A stretch of 64,000 nucleotides of DNA from Oscillospiraceae bacterium LBM23126 (GTDB lineage: Bacteria > Bacillota > Clostridia > Oscillospirales > Butyricicoccaceae), in NCBI GenBank assembly GCA_047936785.1, contig CP176394.1. One strand, given 5' to 3'. The translations under genes and the position numbers were made by a program. Numbering within the stretch: the stretch's first letter is position 1; each line of letters starts with the position of its first letter. Shown one piece after another: positions 1 through 10,196 of this stretch. The notes below the pieces were generated by a model, which did no database searches, was not told the DNA's origin, and was given only the letters and a program-made list of their open reading frames with translations.

Positions 1-255
1 TAACAAATAAATCAAAAAACTTTTGGGCATTTATACTATAAAACGAATTTTTGCGGGGAAATTGGCGAAAAGTATGGAAAAGAAAGAAGTGTGTCAAGCA
101 AGTGGGAGAATGTGTACTATAATAGTATACTATCATTGAAAAAATTGCAAGATATTTGAAAATTTTTTTTGCAATTCCTTTTTGTTTGATGTATAGTATT
201 ATGTACTTTCGCGAGTAGAATATGAGATTGCTGCTTGGCAGCAGGGGGGATAAAA

Positions 256-1395
256 ATGATTTTTGTGATAGCGCCCGATAGTTTTAAGGGCAGCTTAACT
301 TCAAAAAACATTTGCGAAATAGTGGAGCATGCGCTATTAGAGCGTTTTCACGGCGCGCCGACTATTTATCAGGTGCCCATCGCCGATGGCGGTGAAGGCA
401 CAGTAGAAGCGCTTGTTTTGGCCACAGGGGGCAAAAAACAGGCGGTGTGGGTCACGGGCCCTGTTTTCGATAAGACCATGGCGGCCTATGGCCTGCTGGG
501 CGATGGCAAAACGGCTGTGCTGGAAATGGCCAGCGCTTCGGGGCTGCCGCTGGTGCCCGCGTGGAAGCGCGACCCCTTTTCCACCACCACCTATGGCACA
601 GGCGAGCTGATTTCAGATGCGCTCAACCGCGGCTGCACGGAATTCATCATGGGCATCGGCGGCAGCGCCACCAGCGACGGCGGCGCGGGGATGCTGCAAG
701 CCCTGGGCGTGAAGCTGCTGGATAAGAACGGCATGGATATTCCTTCCGGCGCAAACGGCTTATTGCAGCTGGAATCCATCGATATCACCGGAATGGACCC
801 CCGGCTGAAACAGGCGCAGTTCCGCGTGGCCTGTGATGTGAGCAACCCCTTATGCGGTGAAAACGGCGCGGCTTATATTTTCGGCCCCCAAAAGGGCGCC
901 AAAGAAAAAGATCTGCCTGTTCTGGATGAAGCGCTGCGCAATTTTGCCCGCGTGATCCAGCGCGATCTGGGGCGCGATGTGAAAGATCTGCCGGGCGCGG
1001 GCGCCGCGGGCGGCATGGGCGCGGGCCTGATGGCGTTTTTCAACGCCCGCCTGATGCATGGCTTTGAGATCGTTAACGATGTGGTGGGCTTTGAGCGGCT
1101 GGTGGCCGAAGTGAAGCCCGATGTCATCATCACGGGCGAAGGCCAGATGAATTATCAATCGGTGCTGGGCAAAGTGCCGGTGGAAGTGGCCAAAGTGGGC
1201 AAAAAATATGGCGCAAGAGTGATCGCGGTGGTGGGCAGCAAAGGCGAAGGCTATGAAAAAGCCATGGAAATGGGCGTCGATGCCGTGTATGAGCTGAAAG
1301 AAAGCAGCATGACGCTGGAATATTCCATTGTCAACGCCGGCGATCTGTTATATGAAAAGATTCTCACGATTCCTTTCTGCGCCCCGTCAAAATGA
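256..1395 (+). CDS. glycerate kinase (GlxK/GarK family)
   Basis: Translation MIFVIAPDSFKGSLTS...IADGGEGTV matches conserved glycerate kinase motifs; ATG at 256 preceded by G-rich RBS; upstream ATG at 235 less likely. Confidence 0.85.
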   Translation: MIFVIAPDSFKGSLTSKNICEIVEHALLERFHGAPTIYQVPIADGGEGTVEALVLATGGKKQAVWVTGPVFDKTMAAYGLLGDGKTAVLEMASASGLPLVPAWKRDPFSTTTYGTGELISDALNRGCTEFIMGIGGSATSDGGAGMLQALGVKLLDKNGMDIPSGANGLLQLESIDITGMDPRLKQAQFRVACDVSNPLCGENGAAYIFGPQKGAKEKDLPVLDEALRNFARVIQRDLGRDVKDLPGAGAAGGMGAGLMAFFNARLMHGFEIVNDVVGFERLVAEVKPDVIITGEGQMNYQSVLGKVPVEVAKVGKKYGARVIAVVGSKGEGYEKAMEMGVDAVYELKESSMTLEYSIVNAGDLLYEKILTIPFCAPSK

Positions 1396-1516
1396 CACTT
1401 GACAAATAAAATAAAATAAGATACGATTACTCTACCACAAAAAGGGAGTAGTTACAAAGCGCAACGGCAACATCATGATGCTTCGGCATCTGCTTTTGCG
1501 GCCCAAAAGGTTAACG

Positions 1517-1563
1517 AGACTTTTTGTAAAGCACGCAAGGGCTTTACAAAAAGTCTTTTTTTA
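1517..1563 (+). terminator. Rho-independent terminator hairpin plus T-run
   Basis: agactttttgtaaag...ctttacaaaaagtct inverted repeat followed by ttttttt. Confidence 0.6.
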
Positions 1564-1650
1564 TATTTCAGTCATTTTGCGGCAAAATAATTAAATATGC
1601 AAAAGAGTGCGGCAAAATGAGAAAAAACGGAAGAACGAGGTGGAAAAACA

Positions 1651-4332
1651 GTGTTTGAAAACAGAACAGTGACCCAAACCGAAGAAGAGCTTTCCACAAA
1701 CATTGCTGCCGGCATTTCCCAGGAACAGGCGAAAGAGCGCATGGCCAAAAACGGCCCTAACGCCCTTGTTGAAAAAAAGGGGAAAACCAAATGGCAGATG
1801 TTTCTGGCCCAGCTCAATGAGCCGATGATCTATATTCTTTTTGCCGCGGCGGGCATCTCGCTGCTGCTCAAAGAAGTTTCAGACGCGGTGATCGTGCTGG
1901 TGGTCATTTTGGTAAACGCCGTGATCGGCGTGATTCAGGAAGGCAAGGCGCAGCAGGCGCTGGAAGCCCTGAAGAAAATGTCGAGCCCCACGGCCACCGT
2001 CAGGCGCAGCGGCCAGATCTTAGAGATCCCCGCGGCAGAGCTGGTGGCGGGCGATGTGGTGGTGCTGGAAGCGGGCCGCCAGATCCCGGCGGATCTGCGG
2101 CTGGTGGAAACCATCAACATGAAGGTGGATGAATCGGCGCTGACGGGCGAATCGGTTCCCGTTGAAAAAGATGCTTCGTTCGTCTGTGAAGCGGAAACCC
2201 CGCTGGGCGACCGCATCAACATGGGCTATATGACCACCACGGTTTCTTATGGCCGCGGCGAAGGCATCGTGGTGAAAACCGGCATGGAGACCGAGATCGG
2301 CAAGATCGCCAAGATGATCAACGAATCCGAAGAAGAGCTGACGCCGCTGCAAAAGCGATTGGCCGATCTGGGCAAACTGCTGGGCCTTGTGGCCATTGCC
2401 CTTTGCGTGGGATTGTTCGTCATCGCGCTGGTGCAGCACCGCAATGTGATCGAAATGCTGATCACCGCCATTTCGCTGGCGGTGGCTGCCGTTCCCGAAG
2501 GCCTGCCGGCCGTGGTGACCATTGTGCTGGCGCTGGGCGTTCAGCGGCTGGTGAAGGTGAATACCATCGTGCGCCGCTTGCCCTCTGTGGAAACACTGGG
2601 CGCTGTCAGCGTGGTATGTTCCGATAAAACAGGCACATTGACGCAAAACCGCATGACGGTGGTGCGCTGTTTCAGCGATGATGAAAGCTATGGCATTTCG
2701 AAGCTGGCCGAAAGCAAAGACAGCCATTTCATGAAAGGCTTTGTGCTTTGCAACGATGCTTCCATCGAAGGCGGCCGCTATGGCGACCCCACCGAGATCG
2801 CCTTGCTGGATATGGGCGCGGCCCATCAGGTCAGCCGCAGCGGGCTGGAAACCGCCATGCCGCGCATCGATGAGCTGGCGTTCGATTCCACCCGCAAAAT
2901 GATGACCACAAAACACCGTATGGGCGAAGGCACCGTGGCCTATACCAAGGGCGCGCCCGATCAGGTGATGAAACATTGCACCCATATCCTCATCAACGAC
3001 CAGCGCCGCCCCATGGAAGAGGCTGACCGCAAGAGCATCATGGGCGCCATGAAAGAAATGTCGCTGGATGCGCTGCGCGTGCTGGCGCTGGCTTACCGCG
3101 AAAACGCCGAAGGCGTGAAAGAAGAAGACCTCACTTTCGTGGGTCTTGTGGGCATGATCGACCCGCCCCGCCCCGAAGCCAAAGACGCCGTGACCATTTT
3201 CAAAGGCGCCAGCGTGCGCACAGTGATGATCACCGGCGACCACCGCGACACCGCTTTCGCCATCGCCCGCGAACTGGGCATCGCTCAGCATGAAGAACAG
3301 TGCATGAGCGGCGAACAGCTGGATGATATGACCGTGGAAGACCTGACGAAGATCGTTGATAACCTGCGCGTGTTCGCCCGTGTTTCCCCCGAACATAAAG
3401 TGATGATCGTGAAAGCGCTGCGCGCCAAGGGCTATATCGTTTCGATGACCGGCGACGGCGTCAACGACGCGCCTTCTTTGAAAGCCGCCGATATCGGCGT
3501 GGCCATGGGCATCACCGGCACCGATGTGGCCAAAAGCGCCGCCGACATGGTGCTGACGGATGATAATTTCGCCACCATCGAAAAGGCCATCGAAGAGGGC
3601 CGCGGCATCTATGCCAACATCAAAAAATCGGTATTGTTTTTGCTTTCTTCAAACTTCGGCGAAATCATCACCATGTTTGCGGCCATCCTTGCGGGGCTTG
3701 CCGCGCCGCTGAAAGCCATCCACATCCTGTGGGTGAACCTGATCACCGATTCGCTGCCCGGCCTGGCGCTGGGGGTCGATAAAAACGATACTTCCACCAT
3801 TATGAAGCGCCCGCCCCGCGACCCCGGCGAAAGCCTGTTTGCCGAAGGCGGCATCTTTTTAACGCTGTTCTATGGCGTGATCATCGCTTCTTTGACCTTG
3901 GGCGCCTTCGTGTTCGTGCCCATCCGCCTGCTGCATGGCAGCGGCGAAGCTGTCACCCTGGCCAATATCGCGGCCCAGCTGAAAAATGCCCATGTGCTGG
4001 CGGAATCTCAGACCTTCGCCTTCACCATTTTAGGGGTTTCCCAGCTGTTCCATGCCATCGGCATGCGCAATGTGGAAAAATCCATTTTCACCATGAACCT
4101 TTTGGAAAACAAATTCATGATCGGCGCGTTTGGCATCGGCCTGCTGCTGCAGATCGCCGTGACGGAAGTGCCTTTCCTCGTGAAAGTGTTCGGCACTTAC
4201 AGCCTGCATCTGAAAGAATGGCTGGTGCTCATCGCCGTATCCGCCGTGCCGCTGTTGATCCATGAATTGCTGGTGCCGCTTTTCCGCCATCTGAAAAAGA
4301 AGCGCGAAGCAAGCTATCACACCGTGGTTTAA
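1651..4332 (+). CDS. calcium-transporting P-type ATPase (P2-type, SERCA/PMCA-like)
   Basis: GTG start after GAGGTGG RBS; DKTGTLT phosphorylation motif, TGDGVNDAPSLK hinge motif, 10 TM architecture. Confidence 0.9.
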   Translation: MFENRTVTQTEEELSTNIAAGISQEQAKERMAKNGPNALVEKKGKTKWQMFLAQLNEPMIYILFAAAGISLLLKEVSDAVIVLVVILVNAVIGVIQEGKAQQALEALKKMSSPTATVRRSGQILEIPAAELVAGDVVVLEAGRQIPADLRLVETINMKVDESALTGESVPVEKDASFVCEAETPLGDRINMGYMTTTVSYGRGEGIVVKTGMETEIGKIAKMINESEEELTPLQKRLADLGKLLGLVAIALCVGLFVIALVQHRNVIEMLITAISLAVAAVPEGLPAVVTIVLALGVQRLVKVNTIVRRLPSVETLGAVSVVCSDKTGTLTQNRMTVVRCFSDDESYGISKLAESKDSHFMKGFVLCNDASIEGGRYGDPTEIALLDMGAAHQVSRSGLETAMPRIDELAFDSTRKMMTTKHRMGEGTVAYTKGAPDQVMKHCTHILINDQRRPMEEADRKSIMGAMKEMSLDALRVLALAYRENAEGVKEEDLTFVGLVGMIDPPRPEAKDAVTIFKGASVRTVMITGDHRDTAFAIARELGIAQHEEQCMSGEQLDDMTVEDLTKIVDNLRVFARVSPEHKVMIVKALRAKGYIVSMTGDGVNDAPSLKAADIGVAMGITGTDVAKSAADMVLTDDNFATIEKAIEEGRGIYANIKKSVLFLLSSNFGEIITMFAAILAGLAAPLKAIHILWVNLITDSLPGLALGVDKNDTSTIMKRPPRDPGESLFAEGGIFLTLFYGVIIASLTLGAFVFVPIRLLHGSGEAVTLANIAAQLKNAHVLAESQTFAFTILGVSQLFHAIGMRNVEKSIFTMNLLENKFMIGAFGIGLLLQIAVTEVPFLVKVFGTYSLHLKEWLVLIAVSAVPLLIHELLVPLFRHLKKKREASYHTVV

Positions 4333-4523
4333 CGGCCGCAGCGCCGGAAGAAACGGATTGTGTGTTATGATGATGGCCGTTTGCGGCAAAATGGCCGTAT
4401 GACGGGCGATGCGCCTTGTTTCATGTAATGAGCCATCTGCCGCGCAAGGCCCGTCTGGCGGCGATCCCGGTCGATTGCATGGCCCTGCTGCCGGGGCGCG
4501 CGGAAGAAAAAGAAAATGTATAA

Positions 4524-4562
4524 AGAAACGCCTCGATCTTGAAAAGATCGAGGCGTTTTTCT
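4524..4562. terminator. bidirectional intrinsic terminator
   Basis: aacgcctcgatctt-gaaa-agatcgaggcgtt stem-loop flanked by A-run upstream and T-run downstream. Confidence 0.7.
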
Positions 4563-4823
4563 ATGACGATGCGGCGCGGCAAACCGCCCTTTTTCTTGCA
4601 AATGACAGGCAGCCGAGAAACGGTTTTCGCCGCTGGAATTCCGGCATCAAACACGCAATAGCTGTATAGCCCGTCAGAACCCTGCCGCGGCCGATCGGCC
4701 GGATCATGCCGCGCAGGCGGCGCCAACATCAGAAGAGCGGGGATGACGGCCTCATCACGCAATAAAAGCGTTTGATTGGGTATAGCGCCTTAAAACACTG
4801 GCTACGGCCGATCGACCGGTAGA

Positions 4824-5060
4824 TCAGTTGTGAGGATGGAACAGTTTTTCCATCTTTTCGCGGATGCGCTCTTTGCGGCGGGCCGTTTCCTGCGGCTGCG
4901 GGATCCAGCGACCGTTTTTCAGCAAAAAGCAATCGCCTTCGGCGGTTTCGGGGGGCAGTTCACCGCGGGGAATGAGTTTCATGGAACCGTCGGGCGTTTC
5001 GAAAACGGCAAAAGCTTCTTCGAAACGATCTAAAATATAAAAATCATCGTTCGGTTTCAT
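4824..5060 (-). CDS. DUF3006 domain protein
   Basis: 78 aa, YILDRFEEAFAVFE...GDCFLL pattern typical of DUF3006; overlaps upstream MBL gene by 17 nt as in the conserved MBL-DUF3006 pair. Confidence 0.7.
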   Translation of the reverse strand: MKPNDDFYILDRFEEAFAVFETPDGSMKLIPRGELPPETAEGDCFLLKNGRWIPQPQETARRKERIREKMEKLFHPHN

Positions 5061-5916
5061 AACTGAGTTCTCCTCCTTTGATGGTGAAAACCACAGAGCC
5101 TTGCTGATCGGTGCGCAGAATGGTGCAATCCAGCTTTTTAAAGCGTTTCATCACGCTGGGGTGGGGGTGGCCGAAAGGATTGTTCAGCCCGCAGCTGATA
5201 ACGATGAATTTGGGCTGGGCGGCGCTTAACAGATACTTGCTGTTCGAAGTGCTGCTGCCGTGGTGGGCGGCTTTCATCACCGTGACCGGTTCATCGATCA
5301 GTTTGGAATAGACCTTCTCGTTGGCTTTTTCGGCGTCGGCCGTCAGCAGAAAGCTATATTCCCCATAGCGCACCAGAAGAACAAGGGAAGTTTCGTTTAA
5401 GTTGCTGGTTTCCTGACCTTCGGGCGGGGAAAGCACTTCAAAGGTCACATCGCCCATTTCGAATTTATCGCCCTCTTTGGCATAAACAAGCTCGGCGCCC
5501 GTATAGGAAACGCTGCCCAGCATCCCTTCAAAAGTCTGGGTGTTACTGGTGGCGCGGGGCATGACAAAAGTCTTGCAGCCGAAGGCATCCACCACTGCGC
5601 CCATGCCGCCGATATGATCGAAATGGGGGTGCGTGGCGAAAATATAAGTGGGTTTTGAAACGCCGTGGGTGTGAAGATAGGTGAGCAGCTGGCCGCGGCT
5701 GTCGGGTGTGCCGGCGTCGATGATGGCGGTTTTGCCCGCGCAGGTGAGCAGCATGGCGTCGCCCTGCCCCACATCGATGAAATGCAGCTGAAACTCTTCG
5801 GGAGGGGTGGCGCTGACGGGCAGAACGCCCAGCTGTTTGGAAACGACCATCAATGCCATCAGCAGCAGCACAGAAGCCGAGCGCCAAAGGGCTTTTTTCA
5901 ATTTTTTCTTGCTCAT
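5044..5916 (-). CDS. secreted MBL-fold metallo-hydrolase (ComEC/Rec2-related beta-lactamase domain)
   Basis: Signal peptide, HFIDVGQGDAMLL and HPHFDHIGG metal-binding motifs. Confidence 0.85.
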   Translation of the reverse strand: MSKKKLKKALWRSASVLLLMALMVVSKQLGVLPVSATPPEEFQLHFIDVGQGDAMLLTCAGKTAIIDAGTPDSRGQLLTYLHTHGVSKPTYIFATHPHFDHIGGMGAVVDAFGCKTFVMPRATSNTQTFEGMLGSVSYTGAELVYAKEGDKFEMGDVTFEVLSPPEGQETSNLNETSLVLLVRYGEYSFLLTADAEKANEKVYSKLIDEPVTVMKAAHHGSSTSNSKYLLSAAQPKFIVISCGLNNPFGHPHPSVMKRFKKLDCTILRTDQQGSVVFTIKGGELSYETER

Positions 5917-7418
5917 AGTTTCTTGATCAGCCCCATATAGAAACGGATGCCGGAAGCAAAGCTGTCGCAGCGGATGGATTCATCAGCCGCATGAATGCCG
6001 GCAAAGGTGGATGGATCGGTATAGAAGGGCATGAAGCGATAGATCGAATCGCTCAGCTTGGTGTAATGCTTGGTGTCTGTGCCCGCGGGCATAATGGCGG
6101 GAATCACCGCCAAAGACCCGAAGGTTTCTTTCAAAGTGGCTTCCAGGCGGTCATAACAGGGCCCTTTGGTTTCGGAAACGGCCGAAGGTTCGCTGCCCGA
6201 GATCAGTTCCACCGTGACCGGCAGATCGGTCAGCAGCGCTTCCAGATAGCTTTGAACCGATTCCAGCGTGTCGCCCTGCAAAACGCGCACATTCAGTGTG
6301 GCGTCGGCTTCTTCGGGCAGCACATTGGCGGCATCGGAACCGCTGGCCTGCGTGGCGGCGAAGGTGGTGTGGAAAAGCGAAGAGATCTGGGCGTTATGCC
6401 GCGTGAAATGGAACAGCAGCGGCGATGTATAGGGCAGGTTCGCCACCGCCGCGCGGGAACCGAAATCCATCGCCGGCATGGAATAAGTCATGCACTGGCG
6501 CATGACGGGCAGCATCCGTTTATGCATCGGCGCGCCTTCCACGCGGCAGACCGCTTCGCAAAGGATGCCCAGCGCGGTATGCTGGGGCGGCATGGCGGCG
6601 TGGCCCGCTTTGGTGCGCGCGGTGAGGCGGAACACGGCGGAGCCTTTTTCGGCCACCCCCACCAAAGCGGCGGGGAACTTGGGGTTGCCCAGATGCGAGG
6701 TGGTGATGTTGCTGCCTTCATCCAAAATCATCTCAAAAGAGATGCCTTTTTTCGAAAAATATTCCGCAATGGCGTGAGCGCCCTGCTTGCCGCCGGTTTC
6801 TTCATCGATGCCGAAAGCAAAATAAACATCTCGGCCGGGGGTGAAGCCCTGCTCCAGCAGCTCTTCGGCGCTTTCCATCAGGCCGATCACCACATTTTTG
6901 CAATCTAAAGCGCCGCGCCCATGCAAGACGCCCTCTTCCACTTCGCCGCAGAAGGGGTCGCGCTTCCATTCCTGGCCGTCGGTGGGCACAACATCCATAT
7001 GGCCGCAAAATAAAACGGGTTTTCTGCCTTGGGGGTCGGCGCCCTTCCAGCGCAGGATCAAGCTGCCGCCCTGAGGGCGGGTCACCTCAAATTTTGAAAA
7101 AACAAGGGGGAACTGCCGCTGCAGCAGCTCTTGCAGCCGGGCAAGGCCGCGGCTGTCGCCGGTGACGGTGGGGATGCGGATGGCTTCGGAAAGATGCTGG
7201 ATATAGCGCTGCTGGCGTTCCGGCTCGATGGCGGGCAGCACCAGCTCTGAACGGATATGCCGAACGCGCAGGCTCGCGCGCAAAGTGCGCCAAAACAGCA
7301 GAAAGATCAGCGCAAGAAACAGCAAGATCAGAACCAGATTGATCAGATGACCGAACCGGGCGTTGAAATTGCTGCAAAAAATCACAAAGGAGGCATAAAG
7401 ATTATTCAGAAAGGTCAT
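5913..7418 (-). CDS. M20 family metallopeptidase (ArgE/DapE/CPG2-like), N-terminal membrane anchor
   Basis: HMDVVP and GAxDxK motifs of M20 peptidases; start chosen at MTFLNN (GGAGTGG RBS) rather than ATG at 7436; overlaps ribF 3' end. Confidence 0.8.
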   Translation of the reverse strand: MTFLNNLYASFVIFCSNFNARFGHLINLVLILLFLALIFLLFWRTLRASLRVRHIRSELVLPAIEPERQQRYIQHLSEAIRIPTVTGDSRGLARLQELLQRQFPLVFSKFEVTRPQGGSLILRWKGADPQGRKPVLFCGHMDVVPTDGQEWKRDPFCGEVEEGVLHGRGALDCKNVVIGLMESAEELLEQGFTPGRDVYFAFGIDEETGGKQGAHAIAEYFSKKGISFEMILDEGSNITTSHLGNPKFPAALVGVAEKGSAVFRLTARTKAGHAAMPPQHTALGILCEAVCRVEGAPMHKRMLPVMRQCMTYSMPAMDFGSRAAVANLPYTSPLLFHFTRHNAQISSLFHTTFAATQASGSDAANVLPEEADATLNVRVLQGDTLESVQSYLEALLTDLPVTVELISGSEPSAVSETKGPCYDRLEATLKETFGSLAVIPAIMPAGTDTKHYTKLSDSIYRFMPFYTDPSTFAGIHAADESIRCDSFASGIRFYMGLIKKL

Positions 7419-8325
7419 GGATTCCACTCCTGTCATAGGATTCCAAAAAATTCAAAGCGCGCCCGGTATCGCGGGCGATCTGCGCCGTCAGCGCCTGGGG
7501 GGTGGGGAACTTTTCTTCGCTTCGCAGATATTTACAGAAAAAAACGCGGGCGGAACGGCCATAAACCTCGCCGCGGAAGGAAAGAATATGGGTTTCCACC
7601 GTGGGCTGTGCGGTTTTTAAAAAGGTGGGGCGAAGGCCCACATTGGTCACGGAAGGATAGATCTGCCCTTCCAAAAGGGTCAGCGTGGCATAAACGCCCA
7701 GTTTGGGCAAAACGCTGTTGGGGGGCAGCATGCTGTTGATGGTGGGGATGCCCAGGCCCGCGCCGCGGCCGTCGCCGTGGGCGATGACCCCTGCCAGAGA
7801 AAACGGGCGCTCAAGCCAGCGGGCCGCCGCTTCCATTTCGCCGTTTTCGATCAGGCGGCGAATTTTGGTGGAGCTGATGGTCTGGCCGTGTTCCTGCAAA
7901 GAAGAAACGATGCGGCAGGCAAGCCCACGCTGTTTGCAAAGGCTCTGCAGCAGTTCGGCGCTGCCCGCGGCTTTTGCGCCGAAGCGGAAGTTGCGCCCGC
8001 TGCAAAGGCCGCCGCAGTGATAGCGCTCGATCAAAAGGTCGAGAAACGCTTCGGGCGATCGATCTGCAAATTCTTTGGTGAACGGCAGAATCAAAATCGT
8101 TTCCATGCCGCAGGCGCGAAAAAGCGCCTTGCGCTCGGCCGGGGTGGTGATGAGCGGCGGCGAAATGCCGCGCAGCACGGTTTGTGGATGGTTTTCATAA
8201 GTAAACACGCCGGATCGCTGATGGGTTTCGGCCGCCAGCCTGCGCGCGGCGGCAAGAATGGCGCGGTGACCGATATGAACTCCATCAAAAAAGCCAAGCG
8301 CATAAACGACCTGTTGCTCGGGCAT
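7402..8325 (-). CDS. ribF: bifunctional riboflavin kinase / FMN adenylyltransferase
   Basis: VVYALGFFDGVHIGH nucleotidyltransferase motif; C-terminal riboflavin kinase domain; ATG at 8325 preferred over TTG at 8352. Confidence 0.9.
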   Translation of the reverse strand: MPEQQVVYALGFFDGVHIGHRAILAAARRLAAETHQRSGVFTYENHPQTVLRGISPPLITTPAERKALFRACGMETILILPFTKEFADRSPEAFLDLLIERYHCGGLCSGRNFRFGAKAAGSAELLQSLCKQRGLACRIVSSLQEHGQTISSTKIRRLIENGEMEAAARWLERPFSLAGVIAHGDGRGAGLGIPTINSMLPPNSVLPKLGVYATLTLLEGQIYPSVTNVGLRPTFLKTAQPTVETHILSFRGEVYGRSARVFFCKYLRSEEKFPTPQALTAQIARDTGRALNFLESYDRSGIHDLSE

Positions 8326-8341
8326 AAGTGAATCCGTCCTT

Positions 8342-9259
8342 TTAAATGGCAAAAATTTTGTGGCAGAAAATGGCGGGCAGACCGATATCCAGCCGGCCGC
8401 CGCGCCCCAGCATCAAAAATTCGCCTTGGTGATCATAAACGCGGCAAAGCGCCTCTTCGGGGGGCAGGCTGCCGCCGGTCAAATGCTTCTGGATCAGCGG
8501 CGCGCCGTTCAGGGCGCGGGTGCGGCCCTCTTCGTTGAGGGTCACCGCCGGATATTCCGAAAAAACCAGTTCCACCGGCAAAAGAAACGGCGCCAGCGCA
8601 TCGTTTTCCTGCAAAGCCGCGATTTCTTCCAGAGTGTGGGCGCTTTTCAAATCGAATTGCCCGATCTTTGTGCGGGTGAGGGCGCTCATGGCCGCGCCGC
8701 ATCCCAGCTTTTGGCCGATGTCGTGGCAAAGGGTGCGGATATAGGTGCCTTTTGAACAGGCCACCGTCATTTGATAAGCGCCATCCGGCCCGCGGCCCGT
8801 CAGGGCAAGATGGGTCAGATCGATGAAGCGCGCGTCGCGTTCGATCTCGCGCCCCTCGCGGGCAAGATCATACAGCCGCATCCCGTTTTTTTGAATGGCC
8901 GAATACATGGGCGGCATCTGTTCATAACCGCCTTCAAACGAAGCGATGGCCGCGCGAACTTCGTCTTCCGCGCAGTCAACAGGGTGTGTCTCTAAAATTT
9001 TGCCCGAAGTATCTTGGGTGTCGGTGATAACTCCCAGTTTAAATTCAGCTTGATATTCCTTATAGGAGGCAGCGGCATATTCGCTGGCGCGGGTGGCGCT
9101 GCCCAATAACACCACCAGAAGCCCTTCCGCCATGGGGTCAAGGGTTCCGGCGTGGCCGATCTTTCTTTGGCGAAGGATGCCGCGCAGCTTTGCCACCACA
9201 TCGTGCGAGGTGAAGCCGCGGCTTTTGTTGACGAGAAGCAGGCCGTTAAGCATGAGCAA
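8342..9259 (-). CDS. truB: tRNA pseudouridine(55) synthase
   Basis: GHAGTLDPMAEGLL catalytic motif, PUA-like C-terminus. Confidence 0.9.
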   Translation of the reverse strand: MLMLNGLLLVNKSRGFTSHDVVAKLRGILRQRKIGHAGTLDPMAEGLLVVLLGSATRASEYAAASYKEYQAEFKLGVITDTQDTSGKILETHPVDCAEDEVRAAIASFEGGYEQMPPMYSAIQKNGMRLYDLAREGREIERDARFIDLTHLALTGRGPDGAYQMTVACSKGTYIRTLCHDIGQKLGCGAAMSALTRTKIGQFDLKSAHTLEEIAALQENDALAPFLLPVELVFSEYPAVTLNEEGRTRALNGAPLIQKHLTGGSLPPEEALCRVYDHQGEFLMLGRGGRLDIGLPAIFCHKIFAI

Positions 9260-10196
9260 GCTCCTGTTCCGCCAACTGCATCAGCAGCGCCAGCGCTTCT
9301 TCGGCGCCGCCGTCGGTGGTGAAGCCCGCCGCGCGGGGGTGGCCGCCGCCGCCGAAATGGCCGCAAAGGGCCGAGGCATCGATCAAAGGCCCTGTGCGAA
9401 CGGAACCTTTATAGCCGCCCGCTTCCAGTTCTGTCAGTGTGATCGAGCATTCAATGCCTTCGATCTGGCGGGGCAGAGAAGAAAGGTTATCCATATCATC
9501 GGGGGTGGCGCCGCATTCGGCGATCTGCCGCTGCGAGATCACAACGCCCGCGATGCGCTTGCTTTCAGAAAAACGCAGGTTGCCGAAAAGATAGCGTTCG
9601 ATAAAGAAACGGCCTTTTGTTTTGGTTTCAAAAAACAGTTTGTTCAGCACACCGAAGGGAACGCCCAGTTCAATGGCCCGGGCCGCGATCTCATGGCAGC
9701 GCGGGGTGGTGTTGGGGTAGCAGAAACAGCCGGTATCCGTGGCGATGGCCACATAAACGGCTTCGGCGATCTTGCGGTCGGGCGCAACGGAAAGCGCCAG
9801 CGCCAGATCCCAGATCAGCTCGCCCGTGGCGCTGCGGCGGGGCTGGGTGAGAACATTCCGGGCAAACGAAGTGTTGGAACCGTGATGATCCAGCGAAAGA
9901 TAGATCTCGTTTTCATAAGCGGCTGCGGAATCGGGCAGCAGTTGTGTGGCGGCGATATCCACCGCAACGATCTGCCGCGGCCGAAAGCCTTCCGGGGCCA
10001 CAAGTTCCTTATAAAGAAACGCATATTTCGGCGTGAATTCTTCGTTGGGGAAAAGGTATGCTGTTTTGCCGCACGCTTTAAGCGTGCGGCAAAGGGCCGC
10101 GGCGCTGCCGATGGTGTCGCCATCGGGGCGCCGGTGTGTTAAAATCAGAAACTCGTCTTCCGCCAAAAGAAGCTCTGCCGCATCACTGATCGTCAT
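9246..10196 (-). CDS. nrnA: DHH/DHHA1 phosphoesterase, nanoRNase/pAp phosphatase
   Basis: ILTHRRPDGDTIGSAAAL DHH motif, GGGH DHHA1 motif; start at MTISDA with GGAGGA RBS. Confidence 0.85.
   Translation of the reverse strand: MTISDAAELLLAEDEFLILTHRRPDGDTIGSAAALCRTLKACGKTAYLFPNEEFTPKYAFLYKELVAPEGFRPRQIVAVDIAATQLLPDSAAAYENEIYLSLDHHGSNTSFARNVLTQPRRSATGELIWDLALALSVAPDRKIAEAVYVAIATDTGCFCYPNTTPRCHEIAARAIELGVPFGVLNKLFFETKTKGRFFIERYLFGNLRFSESKRIAGVVISQRQIAECGATPDDMDNLSSLPRQIEGIECSITLTELEAGGYKGSVRTGPLIDASALCGHFGGGGHPRAAGFTTDGGAEEALALLMQLAEQELAHA

Noticed and set aside
2020-3396. 458-aa minus-strand ORF antisense to the P-type ATPase
   Set aside because: The His/Gly/Ala-rich low-complexity translation is typical of a GC-rich shadow frame. 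It sits opposite a gene with unmistakable catalytic motifs.
4365-4762. 78-aa and 113-aa minus-strand ORFs in the ATPase-DUF3006 intergenic region
   Set aside because: Arg/Pro-rich translations, no RBS, and they overlap the bidirectional terminator, so they are most likely non-coding.
7419-7436. Upstream ATG (MTGVESM) for the M20 peptidase
   Set aside because: It has no RBS, whereas the in-frame ATG 18 nt downstream has GGAGTGG. Using the downstream start also reduces the overlap with ribF.
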